A stretch of 64,000 nt of DNA, taken from positions 124,001 through 188,000 of the forward strand of contig JAQGDQ010000293.1 in NCBI GenBank assembly GCA_030141605.1. Reading direction: 5' to 3'. Position 1 is the stretch's first letter, and each line of letters opens with the position of its first letter. This DNA is from Tubiluchus corallicola. Its lineage: Eukaryota > Animalia > Priapulida. Position numbers and translations under genes: made by a program. Positions 26,316 to 41,549 of this stretch are shown here, in pieces. The notes below the pieces were generated by a model. The model searched no databases, was not told where the DNA came from, and was given only the letters and a program-made list of their open reading frames with translations.

Positions 26316-26705
26316 CAGGGCCTATTTCAGCCTAGGCAAGGCCCGGGGAAGTGGGGCGTGTGAGGCCCCATTGCGCTACCATGGTTGGCACTCAGAAAAT
26401 TTTTGAACTGCTAAAACGCCGGAGAAGCATTTTCGAAGAGAAAATATGTAGTTATACAGTTGTTAAAGGAAAGAACAATTGAAAGAAAAACTGCTTTATT
26501 CTCAAGACCAGTCCTTAATACTTGTCAATACTGGCAAACGGCGCGCGTGCGGCAAGAGAGAGAGAGAGAGAGAGAGGGAGAGAGGAGGCAGTATGTTCGC
26601 AGTTTGCATAAAGCAAAAAAAATGTTACCTTGGCGCGAGGCCCCCCTGGAGGGTGAGGCCCCAGGGAAATATCTCCACTGCCCCCCCCCCTTGAAATAGG
26701 CCCTG
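26316..26705. mobile_element. hAT-type MITE
   Basis: Perfect 14-bp TIR CAGGGCCTATTTCA/TGAAATAGGCCCTG and perfect 8-bp TSD ggtgcacc (26308-15, 26706-13). Confidence 0.92.
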
Positions 26706-27282
26706 GGTGCACCACTCCACATCCAAACGTAAGATGAACTCCCGTCTGCACTCCTGCTTCACATTGACATTGGTTTCTTTCTACTAGTCCCATGTAGCGT
26801 AGCTAGCCATTACTTATCGTAAGTTACATTTCTTGAGATCTGTAATTAATGCCTAGCTTGCATTCAAGTTACAGCTTTGTGCCATCTTCGTTATTCTAGT
26901 CACATCGTCAGTGAAAGGCGCTGGGAATTGTTGACGAACGAATTCTTACCGTATCAACTATACAACTTACCTAACTACTCTCTAGCTATTTGTCCTGCTG
27001 TGTTACGAACGTTTCGGTTCTTGCTATTTTACTGCTCTTCTGTCCTGCAGTTTCATGGCAAATGGCTTCGAGAAGTGAGTGCAGTAAACAGGCTTCACTA
27101 GAAATAGATGTGCATCCAAAGCATCCGGATTCTAACAATGCAAGTGCAACCCCATCGGGAGTTAGAAGAGAAATTTCGCCTTCTTTATTTGCTTAAGAAG
27201 ATAATATAATGGGAGAAGTCAATAAATTGTTTTTCAACTCGTTTTAGCGTTTCAATTCGTTTCAACACTGATTTAACTAACT

Positions 27283-27300
27283 ATTTATTTATTTATTTAC

Positions 27301-27343
<43 letters not shown>

Positions 27344-27372
27344 TCTCGAACCCAGGCCTTCTACTTTCCGGC

Positions 27373-27453
<81 letters not shown>

Positions 27454-27456
27454 TAC

Positions 27457-27541
<85 letters not shown>

Positions 27542-27603
27542 TGTTGTTGTTGTTATTGTTGTTGTTGCTGTTGTTGTTGTTGTCGTCGTCGTCATCATCG
27601 TCG

Positions 27604-27696
<93 letters not shown>

Positions 27697-27698
27697 CT
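27283..27698. repeat. (ATTT)n + (ATT)/(GTT)/(CAT) compound microsatellites
   Basis: Directly visible, separated by a 30-bp tRNA-like fragment at 27345-27373. Confidence 0.95.
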
Positions 27699-30565
27699 AA
27701 TCGTTGTAAGACAATCCTGGGAGCATATTTTGCTAAATGTTTACTGGCTCTAACATTAGCACAGTATAGATTGTAATGAACACGTAATATTCTACTCCCT
27801 TGCGTCTTCTAGTATCGCTAACAATATCATAGCGAAAGTTGAGAAACGCCAGATGCGCCATTTAATGCTATTACATTAGCTGTCAAGGTTATAATATTCT
27901 CAGAAGTTCAATGCCATCATCTCCACTGGATTCAGTTCCCCATGTGTTTTTCTTTTATTTGCATCACTGAAGACTCTAGCTGCTGAATCTTTACGGAATC
28001 TAAAGACCGACCACTTTTGTGACATTTCCCGTCATTAGATTTGCCCTAGAGAGATTTTTTAATAAGAAAACGTTCGCTTCTTCCCGAGCAGCATAATGCT
28101 GATATGAACAACATCTTATTCAGGTTTCAGCAGACGATCTTGTCTGGGACTATTTTTTTATTCGAGGTCCTTCGGGGATAGAGTTTATTCTGCTCACTAA
28201 AGCACGTTTTATTATGAATTTGAAGGTCATTAAGTAAGATACAATTATTTACGATTGAGTGGTCTACGGCACGCGTCTGTCTCAAGCGAAATGACGACAC
28301 AAAGTCATTTAACTCCAAGTGTTTTTTTCAGCATATACTTCATCTTTATCATCATTTTGCATAAAAATGGCGATTGTCGTTAATTACATTATGACTGTGC
28401 CTGCCAGAGTATTTATAAACCATTGCGGCTTATTTTTAACAATTATTATCCATTGCGTTGGGTAATGAGTTGAAGAAAGAAAGGAGACGCTGAAAATTGT
28501 GGACTAGTCGCGACTTGAACCAGAGACCTGGGATTAGTACTCTGTCAGCTGAGCAAGTAGTTCAACTATACAGAGTAGGCTCGAGATGTCCTCTGTACAC
28601 AATCCAACATTGCCGAATGTACCCATGACAGTAGGGAGAGTCTTGTGCTTTCAATAATCAATGTTAAGTCTGTGTGACTCAAGAAAATCTAGCAGTGATT
28701 TTTCCTAACGCAATGCTTTATCTCCTCCGTTGCAGAATGGCACCATCACGTGACTGAAAGCAGCTGATACGCCATCTACAACTTGATATATCGTACTAGT
28801 TGAACAAATAATAATTGCACATTATTAGGTAGGGAATCGAATTTGTTTTTACAGCTTTTTACAGTGGTGGCCTAACACATTATCGCGTGGGAAATAGAAT
28901 TTGGTTTGATTTCAACTTAACCACAGTTTTTTCGAGTGTTGAAATAAGGCGCGACATTAATAATGGGGCAAAATCTTTTTTGTCGTGACGCACCGGAGCT
29001 GACATCTGTTATTCATGTTCGTAACTAAACTGGTGTTTGCTGAATCCATGTTTTATTTTCAACAGAATAATTGCGTATACATCCTGATTGGCTTAATTGA
29101 AATAGCAAAACGATTGGTGGACATTTATAGGAAATGATTAATAGAAGCAAAAGTAGCACATTACAAAACTATGCCAAAAGAGAAAACGTCTAAGTAACGT
29201 CTCTAAGAACATTAAAACCGCGTCATACCGACGGATGACCTCATTGCGGCCTTAGAAATGACCGTGCCACAGCGTAGTTGAAGCGGTCAGTGACACATTA
29301 CAGTCAGAAGGCCCTTCTGGTCGCAGAAAAAATTTACCATGTTCAAAGTCGTCAACCAAGGTCATTCAGTATATATTTCAGTATTTGATTAAGCTCCTTC
29401 CATTACTAGATAAGTTCTGCTAGGAGTCTAGGACCTATCACTTGTATCAAAATGTTTCATTGCACTAAAAGCAGCTCACTTAAGAAAGTTTAATACAGTT
29501 TCTAACGGGGATGCTTAGAAATGAAGGCAAAGTCATTGAAAGTGAAATAAATCATCTTGTCTTTAACGATTTGTAGGAGCAGATCACAGTTCTATGGTTT
29601 CATACTATCGTTTTCCCATTGCTGTAGCTTTTAAATTAATTGCACTAAGTTGGATGAAAATTTATGGCGTTTGCGTGCTGGAAAGTTTGCGTCGTCTGAC
29701 ATTCTGTACGTCTTGCAATAGAACGTGCCTAAGAGAACAACAAACAGATGAACAAATAATTAATCTGCAATGGCGAACAAAAACAAGTGAACAACAGCAG
29801 CGAACAGGTAAAAAAATAAACAAGCAAGAAAATGAACACAGTAATTAAGAAGAAAATAAAAATATATAGCATTTGACAAGGAAGAAAGAAAGAGATAAGG
29901 AAGTAAAAATGAAAGAAAGAAAAGGAGAAAATACGAAAGAAAGAAAAAAGCATACAAGAAAAAGAAATAAAGAACAAAAATAGAAAAACAATATATAAAG
30001 ACAAATAGACAAGCTAATAAGCGTCTTTGCGGTGGTATACTTTCTGTACCATATAATTGATAATCAGTCATCTTTATGACAGGTCATAATTCACTTTTGA
30101 ATCGATAACGGTCGTTAAAACTCCATTTGCAGACATTTTGCTCAGTTAGTTAAACTAGATTAGTTTTTTAATATCTGTATTGTATCTATGTTGCATGTAT
30201 TTGCTCATGAAAGTTTCGTATTGAGACTCATTTTACCCCAATAATCATCAGACTGATCATTAAGATAATAGATTAGTCTCATTTATGATATTCATAAACG
30301 CTAGCTTTACTGATGATGTCTGTTAGTTAAGAGAACAACTCTTTGAGGTACTTATCCTATGTCGATGTGGTAGCTTGCATTTAGAAGGCTCTAACTATTT
30401 GCAGTTTGCATTAGGGGGAGATGCGAATTATTGTAAATTTGTGGAAACTGGACTTGATTTGCATATATTCCTATATCATAGATGTTATAATAATTTCAGG
30501 TGACACTTGGACCTGCGTAATCCCTTTGCAATTCTGATCCTTTGGGAGCAAGTGTGTTTCATTAA

Positions 30566-31052
30566 AGGAAAAACCGGACCCTATTTTAAACTGAAGGGCA
30601 AACACCACATCTGTCCTGTAAAATATTGAAAGGGAACATACAGTTTTTTCAAACATGACTTTGTGAAAAAATTATTTGCATAGAATGGTAATTTCAATTC
30701 AGAGGTGTTCACTTGTGATGTAGCGCACACGTTTGAGAGCTCATGCATGACCACACTGGTATACCTGAATTTTCAATTTTAAACTTAAAATTTCCGGAAT
30801 TTTTGCATTTCACCCTGAATGTTGTCTGAGCACTTTTGGTTTCACAAACACGTGCAACACGATCATGGAAGCGTTTTGCTGCTGAAAATTATGTTCAGTT
30901 GTGATGTCATCACTAGCTGGACTGGCCCGCCATTAATTAAGATTTAGCCTCTTATTTAATTACTACAAACGTTTTGCTATTACAGCTCTTAAAATATATA
31001 CTTTTATTTACTTCAAAATCGGGTAAGATATGGAAAATCATCCTATTTCACT
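30566..31052 (+). mobile_element. Kolobok-like MITE family A, diverged copy
   Basis: TTAA+AGGAAAAACCGGACC start, collinear with 55335-55919, ends aaaatcatcctatttcac. Confidence 0.75.
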
Positions 31053-31904
31053 TAAATCATTATCTCATTTTTTTGTATTTTCGGCTTCATTGTGCATTAA
31101 ATACTTGCGGATGTGTTACCAGCAATTCGCTTTACTGCATGCAGATGATTTTGTTTTATAAGAATGGGGCAATTTACTCAATATTACCGCCTTTATCGCC
31201 AAATGGCTATAACATTTATCAGCCAAAATAGGCCGATTTTGTCAGATTAAGTTGAAGTGGACACGATCTGTAATACGCCTTTATGGAATGTAGTAAGAAT
31301 GCAATTGGGGACAGATGACACACAAATAAAATAAATAGAATTTCTGTCATCAAAGAAGATTTTCCGACGAAACTTATTAGATTTCGGCGCCATGTTGGAA
31401 GTCCTGTGGAGATAAAAGTTTTTGATTCTGGTGAACTTTTACGTTAGATCGTTCATGTCTAATTGTACAAAGTTGATTACGTTAATGCCAGATTGAATTT
31501 TGTCCGTTTTGAAGAGGCAAAATAAATTCCAGTCGGAGACTCGCTTGTAATAAAATGAAACGACAGTTAATACCTTAAATTGTTTTTATTGTTGCCAGGC
31601 AGAAATTACCCTGGCAGTAATTGATGTAAATAAACAAGAATTCCATAAAAAGTTAGTTAATGCTCTCTTGGAATAATGGGGACAGGACGGCTACAATGTT
31701 GTTTACAAATGACTGACTTAATGACCAAAATGTAATTATTGCTCGTTACGTAACATCCAGTTTGCTGTCCTTCTATTATCCCTGACTATAATTTTATTCT
31801 ATATGGATTGAATGCAGTATACATAACGCTCTTGCTGGTGTATTACTGGTATCGTTTATATCATCTGAAGGTTGCATGTCCATGCCTGTAACAACCACAT
31901 GCTT

Positions 31905-32504
31905 GGACCCAATCTTAAATTTAAGGTCAAAACAATCTACTATTTAAAATATTGAAAAGAAACATACAATTTTTTTCAAAAATGACTTACGTGAAAGAAT
32001 TATTACCACGCAAACACAATTTCAGGTTCGCGCCACTAGTTCTTCGCTGTTGCATGCATTTAGCCATTCGCTAGTTAGACGGGCACTAGCGCCTGCATTT
32101 CGGAAACGCATTGCACAAAAACAAGCGCTGTACCCGTCAGTTCAGATGTGTTAGTTGGTGACGAACTACACACGTTCGACAGCTCATGCGTGAGCACAGC
32201 GGTAAATTTGAAATTTGAATCTTTATCTTAAAACTTGCCTACTTTTAGTACGACACACTGAATATTTTACAGCAACACTGTACTTTAATTTTGGCTTTCG
32301 CAAATACGCGCAAACACGCTGATGGAATAATTTTGCTGTTGAAAATCATGTTAGTTTGTGATGTCATCAATAGTTTTGCTGGTCCACGCTTAATTAAGAT
32401 TTATCAGAAACGTTTTTGCAGTATCAATTGTATTCAAATGTATACTTTTTATCTGACTTGAAAACGCGGTAGTACATGTACATGAAAAATCATCCTGTCT
32501 TCCT
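31905..32504 (+). mobile_element. Kolobok-like MITE family A, left tip missing
   Basis: High similarity to 55335-55919; ends tcctgtcttcct+TTAA. Confidence 0.85.
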
Positions 32505-32550
32505 TTAAGACTTTTAAGACGGTATCAGTTTTATGACCTTAATGAATAAG

Positions 32551-33170
<620 letters not shown>

Positions 33171-33244
33171 TGTATTATATATTACTATTGTGAACCCACG
33201 TGTTTTCACGTATTTTACTGGAAATTAATTTATTATTAGAAGTA

Positions 33245-33577
33245 AAACGCTACGCAGAATTGCTTTATACGAGGAATTACGCATGCGCACATGAATGCTG
33301 CAGCTGATTCCGGGTATCCGTGTGTCGAATATCTGTCGCGCAGTCCGAAGGACATGCTCAATGGACAAAATACAAATTAGCGTCATGACGGGACGCATCC
33401 TTCATTGACTCGCGCCATCGGCTGAAAACGTATCACAAGTTGTAATTATATCCACTCATGTGGATCGCAGGCAAAACGGGAAGATCTTGCAAATGTTAGA
33501 CGGGCAACAATGCCTGAACGAATGAAGGCATAATATTTGACATTGTATGCGGTGACCGGTCACGAACAAAAGCTTAG
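33245..33577 (+). promoter_or_regulatory. Putative internal promoter / 5' UTR
   Basis: CpG-rich relative to flanks, with NRF1-like acgcatgcgca at 33279-33289, directly upstream of the candidate exon. Confidence 0.35.
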
Positions 33578-33696
33578 ATGAAGAACTGCACAGATATGAT
33601 GACTATAAGTGATCTTATTAATCAGAACATCCAGGCCGTCTCACGGATGTGGAATGATTGGAAGGACTGGAGTTCTAGCAACAATGTGAACAACAA
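33578..33696 (+). CDS. Candidate alternative first coding exon of the SYT15-like gene (no TM helix)
   Basis: In-frame stop just upstream, then ATG and an open frame MKNCTDMMTISDLINQNIQAVSRMWNDWKDWSSSNNVNN ending AA|gtaggt in phase 2, in frame with exon 49380. Preceded by a CpG-enriched non-repetitive segment. Confidence 0.5.
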
Positions 33697-35615
33697 GTAG
33701 GTTCTACTTTTTTCTTGGCCGTCAAGGCATTATTACACTTTTTATTCACGTTGTACAAACTATAACGAGCTAAAAGGCAACACTGGATTATGCAAACATA
33801 AAATTAGATGTTAGCTTTGAGGGACAAACTCTGCTTTAGTCAAAATTTGTTAATGCTTTTGCCCCGTATAAACTTCCGGGAATATTAATAAGTATTGTAG
33901 AAGAAATATATTTATAACTTGAGTAAGTTTTTTTTAGAGAAAATAGTAAACAATATGTAATGTTTGCTGATTAAAATGGCTGTAGGTTCAGCCGACTGCT
34001 TCTTATTTGTCAGCACATTTTTTGATTTTTTCTTAGAAAATGATTAAACATTCAAATATCTTTCTGTATTCTTGCAACTGTATTTTATCTTGTAAATAAT
34101 AAGTAGTATTATTTATTGCTAAAAAGTTACATACAACGCAAACATAAAATTGGGCCGCATTTACATTAAAATTTTGGATCACAAAGTACAAGTTATTTCA
34201 AGCAGCATTTGTAATGACCCCGATCCCATGGGGGGATTAATAAGGGCCATGCTGCATTAGTTTTACATCTCTAATTAGTCTTTACCCAGCAAGTAGTATC
34301 GAAGAACATTAAGCTAGTACACGTGATATTTACCTTATCAGTGCATTAGTTACGCAGCGAAAAGTACCTGTTACCACCCTTGATGTGGTCTGTAGTAGGT
34401 CGAACCATCTGTCAGTCAGTGAGTAACTTCACTACTGCAGACTGCAAGCCAGCATCTCTAGAACAACTCTGGTTGACGACCACAGGTTACATCATCTAGG
34501 AGGTCACAGTATCACGATGTACATTACGCACCACATCTTGTGTGAAACATTCTAGTAGGGTATTTCGTTTCTGATAATATAACTTCACAAAGACGAGTAG
34601 ACGACCTGTCTCGTTCTGTGTCAAGTTGCCGTCTATATCTAACCAGTGTTGAACGAAATTCATCGAGAAGCCACTCGCTTAAACAGCTATAATTTTACTC
34701 GCCTGTGCCAACCTTGACTTAGAGCACCGCATTATACACCGATAGGGCAGAGAAGAGTGGGTCATGATTCAGAAGAGGCTTTATTAGTAGGTACCTGCAT
34801 CCTAATAAAGCATCAGTAATTGATAATGCATTTAACTATCGCTGACAATAGATAAGTATCATACATATTAATCAATTAAACATGCAGTGTGAATGGGGCT
34901 TAATGTCGCATAAGCGTAATGTGTGAACTACTAAATGTAGGGCACACGTGACACTATACAAGAACAAGTATAACAAAATTCCTGCTGGGAAGTGGCTATA
35001 TTTTTGTATTGTACTCATGAATCGGGTAATGATGACGATTATATCTCTGATTTAATGATGATGATGGTGATGACATCGGTGAGATGGTGATGATGTTAGC
35101 GATGACAATAATACGATTATGTTGGCAGTAATGCTGGCGATGACCATGACACGATAATGATGGTGATAATGATGTGATGATGTTGATCATGACAACGATG
35201 ACAGTGATGATACTAATGCTGGGGTGATGAGATTGACCATAAATGATGACGAATGACGATGATGAATGTGGCGAGATGAGAAATTGTGACAATGAATTAC
35301 AAAGTTAATGACCGCAAGTATTATAAAAGAAAATTTCGACAAGTCTGAAGGCTGAGCTTGGTTGATCAGAGGCAATACGGGAAATCTCGTTAATCTTATT
35401 TCATGATAGAATTTTAGCTGTCTTGATTCTGCATATTGTATTGTTCGTTAATAAACGTATACGTAAAATATTGTTTTTTGTGTCCAGTCTTCATGGGAAG
35501 TTACAAATCACGAAAAACTGGTGTCCCTTTTTTCGACTAGCAACCGGGACTGGAATGACCATAATATTTGTTATTTACAGATTTTTTTTAAATATTATAG
35601 TTCGTTTGTTCTTAA

Positions 35616-36058
35616 AGGGGAAGAAAGGGGGATTTTAAAGCATATCCTAAAAACATTCCTTACAAAGTTATGCTACTTACCTGTTTGAAAGGTTTGTGTA
35701 AGTGGAAAAGAAAATTCTTAATAATTTAAAATGTTCGCGCCACTTAGTAAAAAAAACATCACCGTATCGCCTTCCCAGTGTGCCCCACTGATTCACCCAA
35801 AAACGCTTTACTGATCTTAGCGACAATATACAGTAATTAATACATTTGCATAGTTAACGAAGAGTATGCTACGAAGGCTCTGGTTATTTTTTCAAACTAC
35901 GATTCACCGTCAAAATGGCTTCACCTAACGGTCATCGCCGGAGTTCAAATTTGCATGTTTTAACAATGTCAGTGCTAACGCGAGCTCTGTATGCATGTAA
36001 GTGATACAAAATTTCAAGATAAATTTTCTAAGCTTTATAAAGAATGTTTTCTTGTGCT
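35616..36058 (+). mobile_element. Kolobok-like MITE family B
   Basis: TTAA TSDs (35612-15, 36059-62); imperfect TIR AGGGGAAGAAA / AGCACAAGAAA. Confidence 0.75.
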
Positions 36059-36303
36059 TTAAGGAGACTGCTGTTCTTCAGGACTCAAGGACTAAGTTGT
36101 GTCGTCAAGTTTACGTATGGTTGCATTATAAGCAACACCGACTTAACTAAAGACATTTGGGTTTGACTATGGCGTTTTTACTGTTAATTTTAGTAATAAG
36201 TCTCAGTGCATACTTTGCAGTCTGTGTTGTATATAAGTTCTACGTTACGTATTGTATTTCGGAAGACACAAAAGGTCTTGTGTACCTTATGACACGACGT
36301 TAA

Positions 36304-36728
36304 AGGAAGACAGGATGATTTTTCATATACTATCGCATTTTCAAATCCGATAAAAAGTACATATTTTAATGCTACAAAAGCGTTTCTGATAAGCGTTACT
36401 GTAAGATATTCAGTGTGTTGTACTAAAACTAGGCAAGTCTTCGAATTTCACATTTACCGCTGTGCTCACGCATGAGCTGTCGAACGTGTCTAGTTCATCA
36501 CAAACTAACACATCTGAACTGAGGGGTATAGCACCTGTTTTTTGTGCAATGCCATTTCGAAATGCAGGCGCTATTGCCCGTCTAACTAGCGAATGGCGAA
36601 ATGCATATAACAGTGAACAAATAGTGGCGCGAATGCGAGATTGTGTTTGTGTGGTAGTAATTCTTTCACGTAAGTCATTTTTGAGTAGATTGTTTTGACC
36701 TACAATTTAAGAAGAGTCCGGTTTTGCT
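36304..36728 (-). mobile_element. Kolobok-like MITE family A, reverse orientation
   Basis: TTAA+AGGAAGACAGGATGATTTTTC ... CCGGTTTTGCT+ttga. Confidence 0.85.
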
Positions 36729-39700
36729 TTGACGATAGTGTGTATACGAACTGTAAAGTTTCGCAAAAACAAAGTTGGCAAAAAAAAACAAAATTTTTCT
36801 TATGGCGCCCAAATAAATTCCGAGAACGTTTCTGAAACTGTATAGCATTTAATCAGGTATGAAAGCGAAATGAAAAACAGTGAAAACTTCCCGCGATTAA
36901 AACGGATTTCGTGTTCACAGTTCCTGGATTTACAGCGTATTAAAGTATTTGCAAACACTCAATGCGAAATTCAGGCAATGGTGTGTGCTTATTTAGCACT
37001 GAGTCGACGTTTTGAGAAATTCATGACAGAATTGACGAGATCTAGTGACGCTATTCTCTGGGGAAATATATCACATTCACTAGCACAGTTTCAACAAATT
37101 CTACCAGGTCGATTTCTCTCTTCGCAAGCGTGTCATAATCTCTCGCGTTTACGCCAATTCAACTTGTCTTTCGTGGGTAAGTTGTTATAATAAAAATATA
37201 TGAGGCCTGTTACAACTTACAAATAGCAATTTTTAAGAACAAAAGACGGTTGTAAAAACGCAAGGGCTTAATAAAAATGACGCAACGACGAGATTTTCAC
37301 CTCAGGATTTTGATTTCCCCTATTGAAACTCCTCAAAAGTTTAATGTGTGCACGTACATGTGCCAAAGATCGTTCACAAATCACAAATAATTGGGAACAA
37401 AGCCTCTAGGTTGTGAGCGAATAACAAAGCCTCATAACCAAAAATAGAAATTTGACGATTTAGGTTTGTTTTGTAAATAATTTGAATTTTTATCGTTTTT
37501 TGCTGCTTACAAAAAAGGGGGAAAGCAATTGTTGGGCGACTGACAGCCCCTGGTGTTTTAAAGTTCAATTCCGCATTTCGAGGGGTGGAAATTTGTGATT
37601 TAAAAAAAGATTGTTGGTATCGAAAGTGATATATACAAGGATTAGAATGATTACATGATAATGACAATGCGATTAAATGAAGCTAAACGCTACGTTTGAA
37701 CAGAAAGCAAAATAGAGCAAAATTGCTACGTAAGAGCCATTGGCTACGTTAAATTGATGACTACGTCAAAATGAGCGTGAATGAAACGATTTGCATACTA
37801 CAGAATACAAACATAACGACTACATACCGATAATTGGCTACGGATTATCCTCGATGAGGAGGAATTGGAGTGCCATAACGCAATGTTACGTCACTCCAAA
37901 CTAGCTAGAAAGCAAGATTACAACTATATACCTTCTGAGAAGGAAGCCTATATGCAAGTGATTACACGGCTAACTGAGTACAAAACTAGTTTATATAGAG
38001 TATGTGGACTAGTTTATATAGAGTTAAATGTACACTATGAAAACCGGTTTAGAAAAGATACTTGCAACCGTGAATAAACCTTTACTGGAGAAGCCTAGTT
38101 CTCAACACCGCCCACTGTTAAGCGGTAATTAAGCACAAGTGGCTAATAAGGTAACTAAATCCCTTTACTATTTGACGTAAATTTATTAACCTCTTCATGG
38201 AATTTCATTGTAGTAGATGCTCTGCTGAAATGTATTGCTTCATTTAATTTTCGCGGTCACGTTTAAGCATTTCCAGCAAGTTTTGCATGTTTTATAATGC
38301 CACACTCTGCATTTTCGATAAATTGAAACGGCCGCTTTATGTTTGCTTATTAATGCAGCAAGTGGTTTTATTAAAAGCGATAAACATTTAATGAGCAATT
38401 CATATGCAAGAAAATGTCACTACTTGTAGAAGACATCCTCGTAACGCAGTGTAGAAATAAAGTTGACTCGATTTTCTATAATCTAACAGAAATGTTGTTT
38501 GGCAGAGCAAGTTATTTGGCTTTACGAAATTGGGCTTTTTGTCAGGATTGGTTTCTGGAATGATGAACATGTAGTGTGGCCAGTTCGATAATCAGCTTTC
38601 AAAAACAAAAATTTGCGTAGCGATGCCTGGTGACAACTTTTTGCGTACGGCAAAAATAAAAGCTGCATTCACACCGAAAACTGTTCACACCGTGAACTAA
38701 CGAACTTTATAAAAGTTTTACATGCATGCTTTGTATTCAGGGCTGTTGGCCCTTTTATCTGTACGTGGGATTTAAATGCGTCTTTGAAAACCAGACAAGC
38801 CCTTTGATTTCCAGCGGGAGGCTTGGAAAATGCTTGGAAGCGCCGTTCACACAATTCTTTTTTTAATTAAAGAACATCTTACATTTACTGATATCTCTCT
38901 GCTAGTGCCTACGCAATGAATACCATGCTGATTACATATTAGAACTGACCAAAGGTGCAGCCGAGCTTTGGAACAAGGGAAAATTGAATCCGTAACGTGA
39001 CTTAAGTCATTCTTTCGGTTTAATAAATTACTCCTGCGCAATGTTTGTGACGATTTGATAAAATTATAAATTATTAATAAACTTTTTTAACAAGTTTATG
39101 CTTTAAATACAAACCACCCCAAACAACGCTATATAAAACAAAACAGAATAAATTTGCTGATAATAAAATTCTTCAGGAAAACAACTTGCTGGTAAAAAAT
39201 TCCATAAGTAAGAAACCCGATGGAAAAAGGTATTGATCACCTATGAATGTCCAGCATAAGTCTATGCGAGAAACAGCAGAAAAAGGAGTTCAATGGATTA
39301 GTCATAAGTGGTCTTGAGATCATCTTCATGTCATAGTGGTCTTGAGATCATCTTCATATGTCGAGAACAAGAATAAAATTTGTTTTTACTTTTCCTTTAA
39401 TGTTTTCATCTAAAGTTTGTTCTCGAAAAGTATTATTAGTGTTTGATGTCCATCTGTATATAATTTGCAAATAAAAGCAATGAACAAATGAGTTAAAACA
39501 TCATGATGTTCTTATTTACATTATCACTTCATAACATACAATCTGTAAATGAAAATATATGTATTAGCAGACGTCACAACACATTACAATTCAATATTTA
39601 ATCATGGGAATTTCTATTTCGACACCTACAGTGTCTTTATTAAGTTTAGCAATAGCTTTGCCTCTAAACGTGAGGAGATACCTGCTCCGTCAACTTTCAC

Positions 39701-41194
39701 AGTCGTCAGGTCTTTCCAAACGAGTTATTTCCTGCCTTGGACTTCATACCTGGCCTATTTATTAAACAGTTACACAGTCAATGATGCGATAAGACAGCTT
39801 CCATATATGTTCTTGCACGATGAAACTACAGAAGTAATTATGTACTCTTTCCTTCGCACAGTTATTTATCCAGGGCAAATATTAATTTGCTTACTTCGGA
39901 AATGAGTTTCCGACACCATAGAAGTAGCTACAAAGAGAGCAGCTGACCTGGCAGGTCACATGTCTAAAAATAAACGAGTTTGAGAAAAACAACCTTATTG
40001 TCTAGTGTAGGGAATTTCACCAAGTATCTCCTTGGTCACGTGACCACGGTCACTCACCTGTGCAGATCTGTTTCTACCGGGGCAAGTGAGTTAGTTGGTA
40101 GACGTTAACAGGCTTCTTTAAAAGTAGTTTTTTCACAGTATGATAGTGGCATAATTTTTCAGATATATTGGTAAATACTAGATTTGCTTTATGGAGACAT
40201 ACGATCTAAGTAAATACATCATTTTGTATTATTTTGAATCATTATGAACTGATCACTTTGAACATTTTAGTTTAATGAATGACAATCTTATAAATTTGAT
40301 AAAACGTCGTATAAATTAATAAATTACTAATTCAGGTTTATTTAATGCGTGATTTTGTGTTTAGTAAAATCTAGAACTACAGAATTAAATGCAAATTTGT
40401 AAAATGGCCTTTTTTATTTTTTAATAGAAATGACGTATAAAACACTACAACATTTTTTGGAATATGGCAGTCATTGATTGTAGTACATCTAGCAATTGAA
40501 ACTTTCTTGCTTTTGTTTGCAGGCGTTTAGTAACAATGTCGAGCATGGTAGACTTATTTTAACTCTTTTATTGAAAAAAAATGTGAAATTTAAATGATGT
40601 TACAGAATAATAAAAGTTGAGGCATTCGACCTTGCAATTTCCACTAGAAATTAAGTCACTTTGCAAGTTTTTTAACAGACACGTAAACTGTTGTAACAGC
40701 GAAAGGTCAATGTCAATATTTAATTTTAACTTAAATCAGATCACGCAATTTCGAAAAATTGCATCTTTGAACGGGGCCGTCTTAAAACACGGGCAGTTGC
40801 CCGGAGCTCGACGAGCATAGAGCCTCATGCGAATCCACGTATGTTCGTCTTTTTTCACGACTGAAATTTAGCTTCGTAATACATTGAGGCAGCGGCGTTT
40901 GAACTGGCTTTTACTCATAAAAATGACATTCTGAAGACCATTGATTTCAAGCCAATTTATACAGCAATTCTCTGCAAAGAAATTTCACAAATGTTTGTGT
41001 TGAACGTTTGATTAACAATAATTCACAGTAATTTCATACTGTGTCATGTGCGTCTGTATAATTTACTAATTGAGTATTATTTATATGTTGAGATGTTTGT
41101 GTTGATTAGTCTTTGCTGTATAGCATGTTTTTTTAACGTTTAAACACGTTGGAGGTACCGTTTAATTGCAATAACCATTTACATTTTTATTCGA

Positions 41195-41319
41195 TAACGA
41201 TGATGACGAAGGTAGTGGTAGTGATACTAATAAGCAGATTTCAACGTACTCAAAACGAAAGACGGAAGTTACAATCTAACTGAAAGATATGATGATGGTG
41301 GTGGTGGTGGTAGTGATGG

Positions 41320-41351
<32 letters not shown>

Positions 41352-41513
41352 ATGATGATGATGATGATGATAATGGCGACGACGACGACGATGATGACGA
41401 AGGTAGTGGTAGTGATACTAATAAGCAGATTTCAATGCTATTATCGCCACTTTGGTATTCAAAACGAAACACGGAAGTTACAATCAAACTGAAAGATATG
41501 ATGATGGTGGTGG

Positions 41514-41549
<36 letters not shown>

